The position numbers were made by a program, and so were the translations under genes. Under the pieces are notes generated by a model, which was not told where the DNA came from, did not search any database, and saw nothing but the letters and a program-made list of their open reading frames with translations. From Mizuhopecten yessoensis (lineage: Eukaryota), in contig NW_018407887.1 in assembly GCF_002113885.1 (NCBI RefSeq), positions 1 through 64,000 of the forward strand: a stretch of 64,000 nt of DNA, read 5' to 3'. Below, piece by piece: positions 1 through 13,300 of this stretch. Positions within the stretch are counted from its first letter, which is position 1. Every line of letters starts with the position of its first letter.

Positions 1-168
1 AAGTCCCCGGATCGTAGTGACTGGGATTCCAAGAGTACTCTAATACTCCAAGATAGTCCACCTCCAGTTCCACCAAGAAAGAAAATTGATCCCAAGTCCC
101 CGGATCGTAGTGACTGGGATTCCAAGAGTACTCTAATATTGCCAGATAGTCCACCTCCAGTTCCACCA
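1..168 (+). repeat. 93-bp in-frame coding tandem repeat (31 aa, contains PPPVPP)
   Basis: aagtccccggatcgtagtgactgggattcc... starts at 1 and again at 94. Confidence 0.9.
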
Positions 169-3100
169 AAAATAACCAATCAAGTAACGATTCCAGACGT
201 TCTGTATGAAGAGGATGTATTAAAGTGCAGGTATGTGAATGCTGATAAAATGTATAAGGATTGGCATTCCTTTTGACGGCGCATGCCGTTACCTTGTAGT
301 TTGAGTACATTCTGACTTAGTTTAAATGAAATACTACTTTGAGTTCCAATATACGTTGTAACCAATAAGGTGTAAATTGATAAAGGGATTATTTAGTCAT
401 CTTTCCCTTTCAGCTGTATTTTTCCTTTCTTTTGGAACACCTTAGACAAACGCGTTTAATTCCTTTGGCTGACAGTACCAATACCAATGGTGTTTTTCTA
501 GATTGGCAATGTCGTTAAGTAAAAAATGAGTTCTGTGTTCCCGTTTCTGTATCGCCTTTATATTAATTTTAAACAGGCCCTGGCTTGCTACATTGTACGT
601 GTATTTAGTGATTCTTATACATGTATCTNTACGAAAACATGATGAGGACGAGAGTGGCTATTTCGTACCCAAATCATCACAACAGTATGAAAGAACTGCT
701 TTTAATTCCGGAAACAACACACAATCAAGAGAAAAACACNNNNNNNNNNNNNNNNNNNNNNNNNNNNNNNNNNNNNNNNNNNNNNNNNNNNNNNNNNNNN
801 NNNNNNNNNNNNNNNNNNNNNNNNNNNNNNNNNNNNNNNNNNNNNNNNNNNNNNNNNNNNNNNNNNNNNNNNNNNNNNNNNNNNNNNNNNNNNNNNNNNN
901 NNNNNNNNNNNNNNNNNNNNNNNNNNNNNNNNNNNNNNNNNNNNNNNNNNNNNNNNNNNNNNNNNNNNNNNNNNNNNNNNNNNNNNNNNNNNNNNNNNNN
1001 NNNNNNNNNNNNNNNNNNNNNNNNNNNNNNNNNNNNNNNNNNNNNNNNNNNNNNNNNNNNNNNNNNNNNNNNNNNNNNNNNNNNNNNNNNNNNNNNNNNN
1101 NNNNNNNNNNNGAAGCGACACCATTCAGTTCCAAATGTTCCGACAATTCGAGCAAATTGGATAGTAGAAATCCGGAACTTTTTCAGTCGATAAATGTGGC
1201 CAAGTCAGAAAAGAAACAAATCCAAGATACATCGAGCCGTGAATCATTCATGACAAATCTTGATGTGTTTTTCAAAGATGATTTGTTAAAATCACCATTT
1301 TTCACCTTTTCACCTAAGGAAGGAACCTTGCAACATGTGAGTGACGATGCTGCCATGAATCCATTTACTTCAGTGAGAGATGGATTGATCTGGAATCCAT
1401 TTAATCCAGCTGCTTCTGAGGACGAGAGTGGCTATTTGGTACCCAAATCATCACAACAGTATGAAAGAGCTGCTTTTAATTCCGGAAACAACACACAATC
1501 AAGAGTGTCTGAACCGAGGAAATGGTCATCGAGTAATCCTTTTCAAAAGGAGAATTTTGCGTTTGAATTACAATTTCCTGACGACAACAAAATTGAAACA
1601 CTCAACCCAAAAGCGTTCGAATGCTGTCTACTGAATTGCGAAGAAGGCGTAATCAAGCAATCGACTGACTCTAAAGCAGAGGAAGCTAAACAATTTGGTC
1701 CATGGGAATATGATGACGTCATTTCATACAAAGGAAATTCTGGGCGACACGTGAGAGATGAATTGGTCTTGAATCCATTTGTTCCAGCTACTTCTGAAAA
1801 CGAACAGACGAAAGAGACAAATGCATGTCAATATTCCATCGGTGGTGTTTTCGATTATTCAAGAATGCGTGAACATCAATTACGAAAACATGATGAGGAC
1901 GAGAGTGGCTATTTCGTACCCAAATCATCACAACAGTATGAAAGAACTGCTTTTAATTCCGGAAACAACACACAATCAAGAGAAAAACACCAAAGAAAGG
2001 AGCTTTCAGACAACGAGAAAGACGACTACATTCGGATGGGACCTGCAAGAAATACGAAGTTTTCCTGCGAGTACAAATCACATCAGAATAAAGTCGACGA
2101 AAACCAGCGACGCCATCAAAAAGCTGATTTAAAATATGACACCGTCGAAAATACAGGAGTATCCGACACCTGCCGTCGAAGTTTATTGTCCCAACGCTCG
2201 CTTAGTGACAGCGCTATATATAAGGAAGTCGATGTTGACGACAGCAAGACGCGAACCTGTGGGAAGTACGAGCACAGTGAAAGAAAGCAAGTGAAAACAT
2301 CTTCCAGCAAAGATAACATTGAATGTAAAGCAAAAAGAAGCCTTTGGTCTCGGTTAGCTAAATGTATTGTAAAAAACTCCAAACAAACATCCATAGAACA
2401 TGTCAATTGGCAAACGAAGCTCGTTTGTGCATGTGGGGGTTCATGTGAACGAATAGACAGTTTGGCGTTATCATCAGATGGACACATATGGGTGTCGTTC
2501 CTCCACTGTTCCTGGGTATCAGTGTATGTCCACGAATACATTCCCGTTCGTAAGTTTGACGCTGGATGCATAGTTGACTGTCTAGCTGTATCCCCGGCTG
2601 GTGTGCTTTACATCTCTTGTCCAACGAAGAAGCAGATTCTGATGCTCTCAAAAAACCTCGAGGTATGTGATTATATCAGTTTATTCTACTTAGATAGATT
2701 TGAATTTGCTTGTGATTACCATTAGATGTTTACAGTTTCATTGCTATGGCGCTTTATGCCACTTATAGATTTACTAAACATCCAAATGACTATGAATGTA
2801 ATATTAAAGATATTTAATATTCAAAATTACAATGAAAAGGTATATTAGATATATTATCTCACAAATATCCTAAAATACTAATTAAAAACCATTTTTGGTG
2901 AAATATTAATATTGTCATTACTTCATCCTTGTACGTTATTGATAAAGAACAGTATGTTTTTAGTTTTGCTGTCCATTAAGTAAATTTATTTTATTTCTAC
3001 CTAACAGTACCTGCGGCAATGGCAGCGTTGCGTTACTTAACGTTTGAAGCTATAGGTCACTTTGTAGGGATATGTGTTAACCAAATGATTCAAAATAGAA

Positions 3101-4831
3101 TAATATTAAAATAATCTATACAAACAAAACAGTACAGATAAATTCGTTTATACCTGTTAAATTTTTAAAAGTTTTTTCTTCCAATAATATATTTATTATG
3201 TAAATACCGTTGTAAATGTTTGTATTTGATATTAAACGGGTGCCTTAGTGGCGCATTGGATAGCAGGATAACAGAAAAAGGATGATGTAGCTAAAGGTTT
3301 TCAGGGTTTTGTTTTATGAGGGAGGGATTTCATAGTGACTTCGATTGACACCGGTATTAAAGAAAAATCCGGAACCCAGTACTTCAGTACCGATTTCATG
3401 TTAAAGATAATGTAATTGTTATGATTCGGATTGTACTTTTGAACTATCATTATGTTTAAGTTAATTCGAGTAAAAAAATAAATACACCATGTCACACAAT
3501 TTAAAAAAAGTATGTATCATTGTTATCTTATTCTTTTTTCTTGATCTTGTAAGCTGGAAAGAGCAAAATTCATTCTTTTATATAATATTAAAATGGCTTT
3601 ACCAATTCAAGAGGTTTGCTGATAAGGTCGAATTCAATTCTATGTAATACATGTCACCAAACTACAATTTTCACAATTTAAGATTGTGTTCTTCCAAAGT
3701 GGGCGAAACTGATTCTCATCTGTTATTATACAATTCTGTTTGTTTCTCAGGGGGTTTAACTTTAGATATATAGATTGATATATTCATTCTGTACCAGACA
3801 AATATAAAGGTACATTTATCCTTTGTTTAGATAAATTAAAAATACAAACATTACTATGTTGCTAATGAAGTGAATTATTGCACGCTTTATACATTCAGGA
3901 TTTGCCTTTATCTAACAGATAACTCAATCGAAACCGAGACTTAAAAAAGCCTCAATTAATCCAATACTTCCTCCTTTCGAGATGTGTCATTACTTCATTG
4001 GTGTACACGTTTCTATAAGAGCCAGAAACATATGCCAATCATCTAGTTTCTCTTCAACAATTAATGTTTCGTAAGGTTTCACAAAAGACGTTTACTTTTT
4101 TCCATCACAACGTTCATTTCCTATTTGATTTTCTTTCAAATTTCATTATCTTGTCTTCTTTTTTCTTTTATTTAAATAAAATGCATATTTGCGTACATTA
4201 TCCATATTCGATTTGGCATTCATGATGTTAAATTTAAATCGAAACTAAAAATCTGTTTTTATTACAGTTGATTATAATGGGCCATTTCAATAAACTGCAT
4301 CCAAGGGGTCTTGCAATATCCCCAATAGATGGATCTGTGGTCGCCTGTATGACGTCACAAATGGTCGGAAACGTCATGAAAGGTCCATCAAAGAATTGTC
4401 TGATGAAATTTCCAGGAAAAAAAGCAAACGAAAAAGGACAAGTTCTGAACAAAGAACACTTTCTAGGATATCCTCTGAGGCTCGCTATCAATGTCAATGG
4501 ATATATATTAGTTTCAGATTTCGGTTTGAAATGTATTTTTGTTGTAAGTCAAGAGGGACACATGTTGAACGTGTTTTCGACTGTGGGAGATAGACCTTTT
4601 TGTCAGGTGCATAGCCTTACAAGTGGAGAGTCGTTCTACGTTGTTCATGGTGGACGCGGTCAATTGTCTATCACTCGACTAGGCGAATACCGGGGCACCG
4701 TGGTCGAGACGACAACATCGCGACGACTAGATCCGGATATTTATTGTAAAGTTAGAGCAACTGCCGTGGTACAGAATGGTCAGCTTGCAGTCACATCCGG
4801 AACTATTATCAAATACGTTTCTCCGGATTGA
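1..4831 (+). CDS. Partial (5'-truncated) multi-exon gene: low-complexity motif-rich region plus C-terminal NHL-like/6-bladed beta-propeller. Exons ~<1-230, (gap)1112-2662, 4268-4831
   Basis: 1-230 is open (KSPDRSDWDSKSTLILQDSPPPVPPRKK...) and ends at AG|gtatgt. 1112-2662 is open and ends GAG|gtatgt in phase 0. It joins ttacag|TTG at 4268 in frame to TGA at 4831. Six blade-like repeats: SLALSSDGHIWVS, CLAVSPAGVLYIS, PRGLAISPIDGSV, PLRLAINVNGYILVSD, SLTSGESFYVV, ATAVVQNGQLAV. Linkage of the first exon across the N gap is inferred. Confidence 0.75.
740..1111. other. Assembly gap (372 N)
   Basis: Run of N; a single N also at 629. Confidence 0.99.
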
Positions 4832-6553
4832 TAACTCCATTTTTGCAGTTTCGGATATAAACAGTGTTTATTTCTGTATGAAATTAATTGTTAGAAGCGA
4901 CATAGGTGATTGGGGTCAATATGATGTGTTATTGTGTACATTTTGGGTGAAGTAACCCGATTTAACTACACAAGTGCGGGTTAGTTATGAAGGTCAAGCG
5001 CGTTTTTAATACACGTATAACAGCATTTTAAGTGCGATATAGAATAATTTAGTCATGAAAGGGACACAGATGAGTATGCATGTGCTATGTAGAGAAAGAT
5101 GCGAACTATATTTTGTGCAATGTAGCGAAGAGCCCTGCCTCTAGTTCTATTAACATGTAATCACATTACTAAATTTGCTAACGCGTTGATAAATCTTCAA
5201 CACTGTGTGTTTTCGTAATTTTTGACGGACAACGGGAAATTTATCGTCTTTTATTACGTAGTGCACATGCAGGGCAAACCGTTATGTGACAGGTAACTAC
5301 CGAATTAATTAATTATCCGGTAGTTAAGGAGTCTATTTTCAAATCAAACTAGTTGACCTCCTGAAATGTTTATAAAGCCGCGAAAATACGACTTTTTGAA
5401 TGAGATTACCAAAGCTGCATAACGTCGGCTGCTTTATCTGGAAAGGTTTTTGGGCTTTATATGTTGACTGAAGACAATAGGGTTACATTGTGCCTTTAGA
5501 AATACGCAGTCAGTTATTGAGAAAACAAAAATAGCATTGAAGTCATGCATTTGTTAATTCAAAGCTACATTTTTACTCTTTACACTTTCCTAACGTAATG
5601 GTTATCTCCCTTATTCTAACATTTATATTATAGTGGTACTTCTGGCTGATTAGCTTGGCCTACGTCTTCGATGTTGGTTTAGAATGAATAATTGTAGTAG
5701 GCATGTTTTTAAATCGATTACATCTTGGTATCCGACCCCAAAGGTACTATTTGACGAATTATGTTCTTTATCGTACAGGAAACCACATGTAGAGTACCCG
5801 CAGATAATTTCAAATATTATATGTCACTTTGTGGGCCATAATTTAACAAAGTGCGATCTTTATAATTTTATTTATCAATGTATTACTCTACATCATTTAT
5901 GGAGTAAAAACAGCATCGCTCGGTTTGCAGGTTTCCTTTCCAAGATCTGACAGTTCTGTTTGTTTGCACGCAAGTACCCGTTAATGGGTAGATCACTAGT
6001 CAACTCAGTTGGTGCATAACCTAACCGTATTGAAGAAATGCAGTCGAAATCCAATACAACCAGAATTTCTTCTATCATTTATGTAGTTTACTGTCTTTTA
6101 ACTCGATGTGGCATGTAGTGACTAGCCGTATCGTGTGGTGTCAATTGATTATGGCTTTGTTGTAAGGTGATTAAATATCTTAAAACTGTTAGCATTGATT
6201 AAAATAAATCCATATATTTTATAGAGGAATACTTTATTTTCTTAAGCATTAACTAATTACACCAATGAAATGTTAAAAAACAGAAAGAGAAAAGAAATGT
6301 AATAATTTAGGAAAGAAATGACTAAAAGAGTTCTATAGAAAAAACTTCTTTATTTGACATTCATCTATTTTCAGTTGCATGCTAAAAATTGATTTTTTTT
6401 TATGCAGAACATTGTATCTTTACAACAGATACGGGTTTTTTACAATGCAAAATAAAATACAGTCTTGTAAATATTGTTTTATTTCTTTTTTATTTGAAAT
6501 CTGCCACCGAAAATACGACAAAAATGTATAAACATAAATTACAGAATTTTAAA

Positions 6554-7065
6554 TTAACGTTGACCGAAAAAGAAATGGTTGTTGCCATTTAATGGTGAAG
6601 AATCACTTTGAGCCATGTCCATTTCACCAATCAGATGTCCGACGCAAGTACCATAAACCTGATTTTTCTGGCCAAAGAGGGGGAAGCTCTGGTCCTGTCT
6701 GACCTGGACGAAAACTCTCTCCCCTTTTCCGACGAAGACAATGACAGAGTTACCTGCAGAGGTATGGCTGCTGTAACCGGCCAGAGAAACAAGGAGCTCT
6801 GTATTTTTAATCAGTTCCAGCCACATCGCGTGATCAGTATTAGAATCGTAGGCATGAAAATCAAATTTGTAGATTCCTGATTTGGGAGCAGTAAACACTC
6901 CAGTGTTTCTGTCGTATCCACCTCCAAGGTTGGTAAAAATCTTGTCATATCTAACAGTATCACCGGAGTTCCCTGTCACTGTGCGTGTAAGCGCTGCAGC
7001 GAATGCAACCACGTGTTTGTCGCCATGGTGATCGTTATATGTCTGAGATGCAGTTGTTGAGGGAC
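6554..7065 (-). CDS. C1qDC unit A: terminal exon encoding a complete globular C1q domain (no own leader exon found)
   Basis: Acceptor tctttcttag|GT CCC (phase 1). VAFAAAL...YDKIFTNLGGGYDRNTGVFTAPKSGIYKFDFH...AGNSVIV..GERVFVQ is a typical gC1q. Stop at 6554, with AATAAA motifs downstream (~6480, ~6350). Confidence 0.85.
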
Positions 7066-8402
7066 CTAAGAAAGACAAAAAGTAGAATTAGTTATTATAT
7101 AAATAATAGCTTTCACGTTTTAGTGGCATTTCCATCGTAAGATGAAACTTGTTTATGCTCATAAGTGAATCATTATTTGTAAATTAGAATACTAAATTTA
7201 ACATGTACAATTTAAACTTGAATATAATTTAGTGAAATCTGACATTACCTTGTGACTGGTGATGTAAAATAACTACTTAAAAACGATAAAAGGAAGTATC
7301 TATTAAGAGGGATACAACCAAAATTCAAATATATGATTAAACACTCAGGAAATGACTAAATGTGTGGTCTCTCCAGACACACTTAACGTAAGTGTATGAA
7401 TACACTTGAGCTGATATATCGGTAACAACAACTTCCTTATCGCCAATTTGCTTAAGGGAAACGCATTTTAAGAAAAAGGGAATTTATAAATAAGAATGGG
7501 GAAAAAGACTGGGGTAACAAGAAACCAACGAAGATAGAGCATCGGGATACAAGAAGTCACATAAGCAATTGTTCCTCCCCAGGCCCCTCCCTAATGAACG
7601 ATAGAAATTGGTGGAACAGAGAACAAGATTGAGGCAAACTGAAGTCACACATCAGAGTATAAGTTCCCGTATCGCGAGTATTTTACGGACATAATGTGCT
7701 ATTAGTGTAAAACAAGTCACTTTGTAGCATGTATATCCCTCGTTTTCAGGACATGTATGAAATGTAGTCTATTGTATCCTCAAGAATTAGCTCAGTCTGA
7801 AAAAAAACAGACAGAAAGACGTTCCCCTTTTATTTGACGTTCCATTCGACTCAATTTACGTTACATATGCGCATTTATTTGTGTCTCGTTTTACCTTCTT
7901 TCACAAGTGAAAAAAAAATTACATACTTTTTATCCAAATTGAGTGATTCGGTTTTTGTGCTGCCAAATCAATTTATATTCATGACAACAGAGACTATTTA
8001 TCCGACAGTGTAAAAACCTGAAGCCCAGGGTACGAATTGTAATCTAGCGACGCTGAATAATATTTAAATAAAATTACAGCAAGTTTTAGTTTTCTTTTCA
8101 GAAAGGACTAATTGAGCTGATTGCTGTTGTCGTCAGATGCCTCAATTTTATGTCAGACTATCAGATTTATTTAACTAAATATCTCGTTTTTACTTAGGTC
8201 ATTGGCAAATATGCTGTTTCTATGATGTTTTGTAAAGCAAGTGTTATACATAAATAGCTAAACTTGAATTAAAAATATAATGATAATGTAAATGTACTAC
8301 ATTGTGGAAAATGTCGTGTATCTTCTGTGAGATGTTGTAATGGGAGGGCTAGCATAGGTTTTGTATGGTGGCAGATGTGTGTCAGTTTGTTAGTCTGTAG
8401 CG

Positions 8403-8547
8403 AAATAACAATAAGTATGGCCGCCAAATAACAATACGTATGGCCGTCCAAATAACAATAAGTACGGCCGCCAAATAACAATAAGTATGGTCGCCAAATA
8501 ACAATAAGTATGGCCGCCAAATAACAACAAGTATGGCAGTCAAATAA
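8403..8547. repeat. 23-bp minisatellite, ~6 copies
   Basis: Unit aaataacaataagtatggccgcc. Confidence 0.9.
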
Positions 8548-10319
8548 GAAAGGGCCGATATAGCTATGCTTGCTGTCCAATTTGATACATCCAATCTCAA
8601 ATATAAATCATGAACTTTGACATATGGATCCATATTGACGTTCTAGAAAGTCTCCAGTTTCTCTTTTTGTGTTTTCCATCTAACAAATAATAAAATTGAG
8701 ACGACTTACACGATAGTGCTCTCCTCTCATTGACAGTTTGACCGCAATATACATACCCCTGCTCCTGTCACTATTGGTTTTGTTCACGAACATTAAAATG
8801 GAACTTTATTACTTTTATTCTAATCTAATGGGAATTTATTTTTGAGCAACATTGAATAAAACAGATGATTGATTTTTTTTAATGAATGGTTTTTTATGCT
8901 TCTTTAAAATGTTTTATATATTAATTTTGTAATGACTAACATTTTTGTATCAACATTACAGAAGAACACGAATAGTTCCTTGGTTTAAATAAATAAGTGA
9001 CACATTCCATTAGTTCCTTTATGATAATCTACACAGTTTACAATAAATATCAATGATTATAAGAAAATTCTTTTACTGCCGTTACATTATAACTGTCTGT
9101 CATGTTTCTCTTTCACATACAAATGCATCGAATCTTATCTAAAGGATCCCTGTCCCACTGAACTCAGGATTTCCGTATGAACAGTAGTCTCACCTCATTT
9201 TCGATTAGAATATAACTGTAGTAGAGTTAGAACAGGACACTTTCGTTTACCAGGTACACTGTCGATTAGAGCAAGAGTATAACACTCAGAGGTCCTGGTT
9301 TCGAATCTCGATTGAGAAACGTTAAATTTGTAGTCTCTTAACAACATATTTGATTAACTTATGTTTATCTTTTTTTTTTTGTAAAAGCCCGACAATGTAT
9401 GGTTTTCTTTTTCAGGAAAATATTTATACAGCACATATACTTATGCCGACACAACAACAATGTCCAATGCGTAGTTTTTGGCAGTGGTACATGGACCCTA
9501 AAATCGTTCAATTAAGGAATGTTTCGTTTTTCATAGCTCAAACTGTTGCTACAACCAGTGTATAACTAGACCAGGCTTTATCTTGTCTGATTACACCACC
9601 AAGCTTCAGATGTAATGAAATACCTATGTATACATGCAACGCCTTAACACTCAGTACTTCGTGTTATCTTTCTGTCTCTCTTATCGCAGAATGCAGATAT
9701 TCTGATTCACAACGTTAGCTATTTCATGTGAAATATTTTTGACCAAACTTGAATTATAATATAACAAACTATTTTATAATATTGTCAAGTGAAAAAGAAA
9801 AACTAATAATTTTACCATAATTTTTTTTCTTAAATTGAAAGTAAATAAATAAACAAAAAAATCACCTTACTTTAATATTTTCACTTTCTCTTCAAATAGC
9901 AACTAATTTCTTGTCTGACTAATTATATAGCTCATTTATATGGATATGTGTAGGCCCTGACTTCAGAAACAATGCCAATGTTATCTTTCTATGCCTTTCT
10001 ATTACAGTTCATCAAATAACGATGCTTGAAAAAGATATTTTTAAGATGACAAAACTTGTTCCTAAACATTTTATTTGTGAACTCTATCAAACATTGTATT
10101 GCATATAGTTTCGTAATAAATGCATATATATAGAAAAATAATCAAACACTCGAAACTTTTAAGCATTTTTTATTATCTCTTTTGATATATCACAAGGTGT
10201 TATCCATCCTTACATGTGTTAAACGTTAATCAGTCTTTTACTATTATTGCCATCAACAGTTTTGAATTAGAAATACTGGATTGTCCAAAGCCCAACATCT
10301 TATTGGTTATACGATGTTC

Positions 10320-13300
10320 TTATCGTCCAGCCGCCGGGAAGTTAGGGAACTGCTGGAAGATGTTGCCCGAATCACTCTGAGAACGGTCCATCTCTCCAAT
10401 CATGTACCCAGAGAAGGTCGCATATACCTGGTCGATCTTTCCGAATAATGAAAACGACTGATTAGGTCTCGCCTGAACATACACGGTTTCTCCGGCGCTG
10501 AGATAAACAATGACAGAGTTTCCGGCAGACGAGTGACTGTTGTAACCAGAGATTGACACCAAAAGTTCAGTATTCTTCTTCAGTTCGATCCACATGGCTT
10601 TGTCTGTGTTAGCGTCATACCCATGGATTGTAAAGGCATACACACCACCTTTTGGTGCTTTGAAGTTTCCAGTGGTCACGTCGTAGCCTCCTCCGATGTT
10701 TGTAAACACCTTATTATAGCGAATTGTCTCACCGGAAGTCAGGGGCATAGTGTGGGTCAGGCCCGCGGAGAAAGCAACAATGGTATTACCTGCAAATACA
10801 TAATTTTTGAAAATACAATACTCTAACCATTTTACTCTGACAACGGTTTTTTAAATAAAGGATAATTGGAGATGATTACAATACGGCTTCACCCTGACCC
10901 CATTTTATAAAAAAATTATTATTCGAAAATATTCATTTTCACGTCAGTTCTTCCAAATTATTGCGAGAATAATATATTGTTTGGGTATTTCTCACCAATC
11001 GAACAATTAGAGTGATGTTTAAAATCCTTTTTATTTCCTGTAAGCCTATATATACCATAAAGAGAAATTGAACCTAGTGAAAAACAACCAAATGGAGAGA
11101 AAATCAGTCCAGAGGGACTGTTTTATTTATAGACAAAACGTTATATTTGAAACACCACACAACCTTTCCTTGTTATGGAAATTCCGTGGTCTTTATAGAG
11201 AGGCTGCATACATGGCATATATTGCAATTATATCATTCAGTGTACATTATGGATGGAGTTAGACATGTGGTCTTTATAGATATGGTAATACAAAGTAATG
11301 ATTGTTTAATGTTTTGGTAACTTTATATTTTGATGATAGTAATAGGCAGACGGTCTATATAGACGGTTGATACTAGGTTTATATTATAAGTTATTTTGTT
11401 TGACACTTACTAAATATATACGTGGTCTTTAAAGACATATGCATGATCTTAACAAAGTTGTTACTGCATTAAAAGCTTTGATATGAAAACGAGGGGGGGG
11501 GAGGACTCGCTGAGAAGGAAGCGAAACCAGATAAATTAAGGAATGTGAACAATTATACAAATGTATTTATTGTCGGCAGTTGTACAGCTAAATCATACGA
11601 CATCAAATAATTCAACACAGTTTTTTTTATTAGGAATAGGAGAAACTATAACTAAAGAAATTTCTGAACAAATATAATAAGTGATATTTCACGCTGTTAT
11701 ATATAATTTCGCTGGAGACATAATTATGTTAACTGTTACCTAAAATCATTGCATTTCACTCACTTACTGACAAGGTGAAAACGTGTTTAACAAAATCGTA
11801 GAAATTCATGAACAATTCTGCAGTTTTAATGAAAGATGCAAATACGTAAGTTTCTTTTGAAATCTTTATCTCATTATATAAAATATTTCTTGACTTGTTA
11901 ATGTAGTAGCATATAAAGTTAATAAATATTGCATAAACACTTGATTAAATGCTAAGAGAACACAGAATTCTAAGATGCATTTGTATATTCAAGTAAATAC
12001 ATACCCTGTTACGTCAAAGCTTTGGTGATGAGTACGCATTTTCGCTCATAAGCACAGACAGCCAAAACCACAAGCGAAGTTTGTATGATAAAAAAGCTAC
12101 CGAAATAGTTCAAAGGCGAAAAATCAAAGTAAAAAGCGTTGTAAGCTTCAAAACAAAACAAACAAAATGACTGCAGCCGAGGAACAGAAAAAAGAGCACT
12201 TAAAAAAGGACTGCTGTCAAATAACAAGCGTTATTAAGCTGACATAAGCAAATATTAAGTTTTGATTCAATTAAAATGGGAGTTCCATCAATCATTTTTA
12301 AGTTAGGATATTCAGTATTTATTACGTTACTAAACTGTTATGCAAATAGTATATACAAATATTATCATATCACCTTTCTTTAGTGTAGGTTCACTAATGA
12401 CAATTAGTACGACGCAATACAAACTTAAGTTCGTGATGTCGAGGCAAAGACATTGTCCACTAACTGTACGTATTTTGACCGTTCTGTATGTTAATTGAAA
12501 ATTCTACACTTGCCATACTTAAATAAAAACTTCAATTCTTATTTATTTGATATAGAGTTAACATGCATGTATGTTCGTGAATATTATTTGATACTCATAA
12601 ATCATATCCTGTATGAAATACGTAAAATAATATGAAAACTCTGGATAATATTTTTGATAAATTAGGATTTCAAAATTCCAATGCATTTTCTTATCAGGTA
12701 TATATACCACATATGTGTCTATATCCTACATGTTACATTCTTATTAGATCTCCTGCAGATACAAACATTTAAATGATTATAAATGTCATTTAAAAGAGGG
12801 TAGACGTACGGGTTCACGTTGAAAATATCGTTGTCATCATTTATCTTAAACCCCGTACTTGATTTTCCAGATCGCGTGTACTTTAAACACCTTTCAATAC
12901 CTTATGTACTCTTACCTATGTTTAGAATGTATTGTTGGACGTTACAATGTTACACAACCGTCTGATATCGGCCACATTTGTCACTGTCGTTTAATAAAGG
13001 CCTTAATTTGATCTAAGGAACACATGGGTCCTACCATGATCTATAGTAATATGTGAGTGTAGCTTTTGTGAGTCTTGTTGACGATTACTAAAGGCTGTTT
13101 ATAATGATTTAGTCTGTTGCTAGCAACCACAGTTACACTAAAATCTATGTACTTTAAAATATTAAATCGATATCGCTTATCAGTGCCCGACACATTATAT
13201 ATTCACAATACATAATCCGTCGATATCTAATGAAAGTCAATTAGACATTGAATCTGAAGAAAACTTTCCGTGGGATTAAATGTTCTTTCTACTTCCCTAT

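Noticed and set aside
630-739. Apparent third copy of the EDESGYFVP repeat and the N-terminus of the 710-aa ORF 593..2725
   Set aside because: It is an exact 110-bp copy of 1881-1990 bounded by a single N and the N gap, so most likely a misplaced scaffolding fragment. The ORF start and its last ~20 aa are intronic.
7400-9700. Candidate leader exons for unit A (MRGEHYR at ~8710-8730, MYHCQK.. at ~9441-9492, MLYLRWF.. at ~7470-7542)
   Set aside because: Each has the wrong phase, lacks signal-peptide character or lacks a usable donor. The 8709 donor could still be a non-coding first exon.
12916-12983. AG/GT-bounded candidate extra exon in the gene B intron
   Set aside because: It contains an in-frame stop and does not preserve phase.
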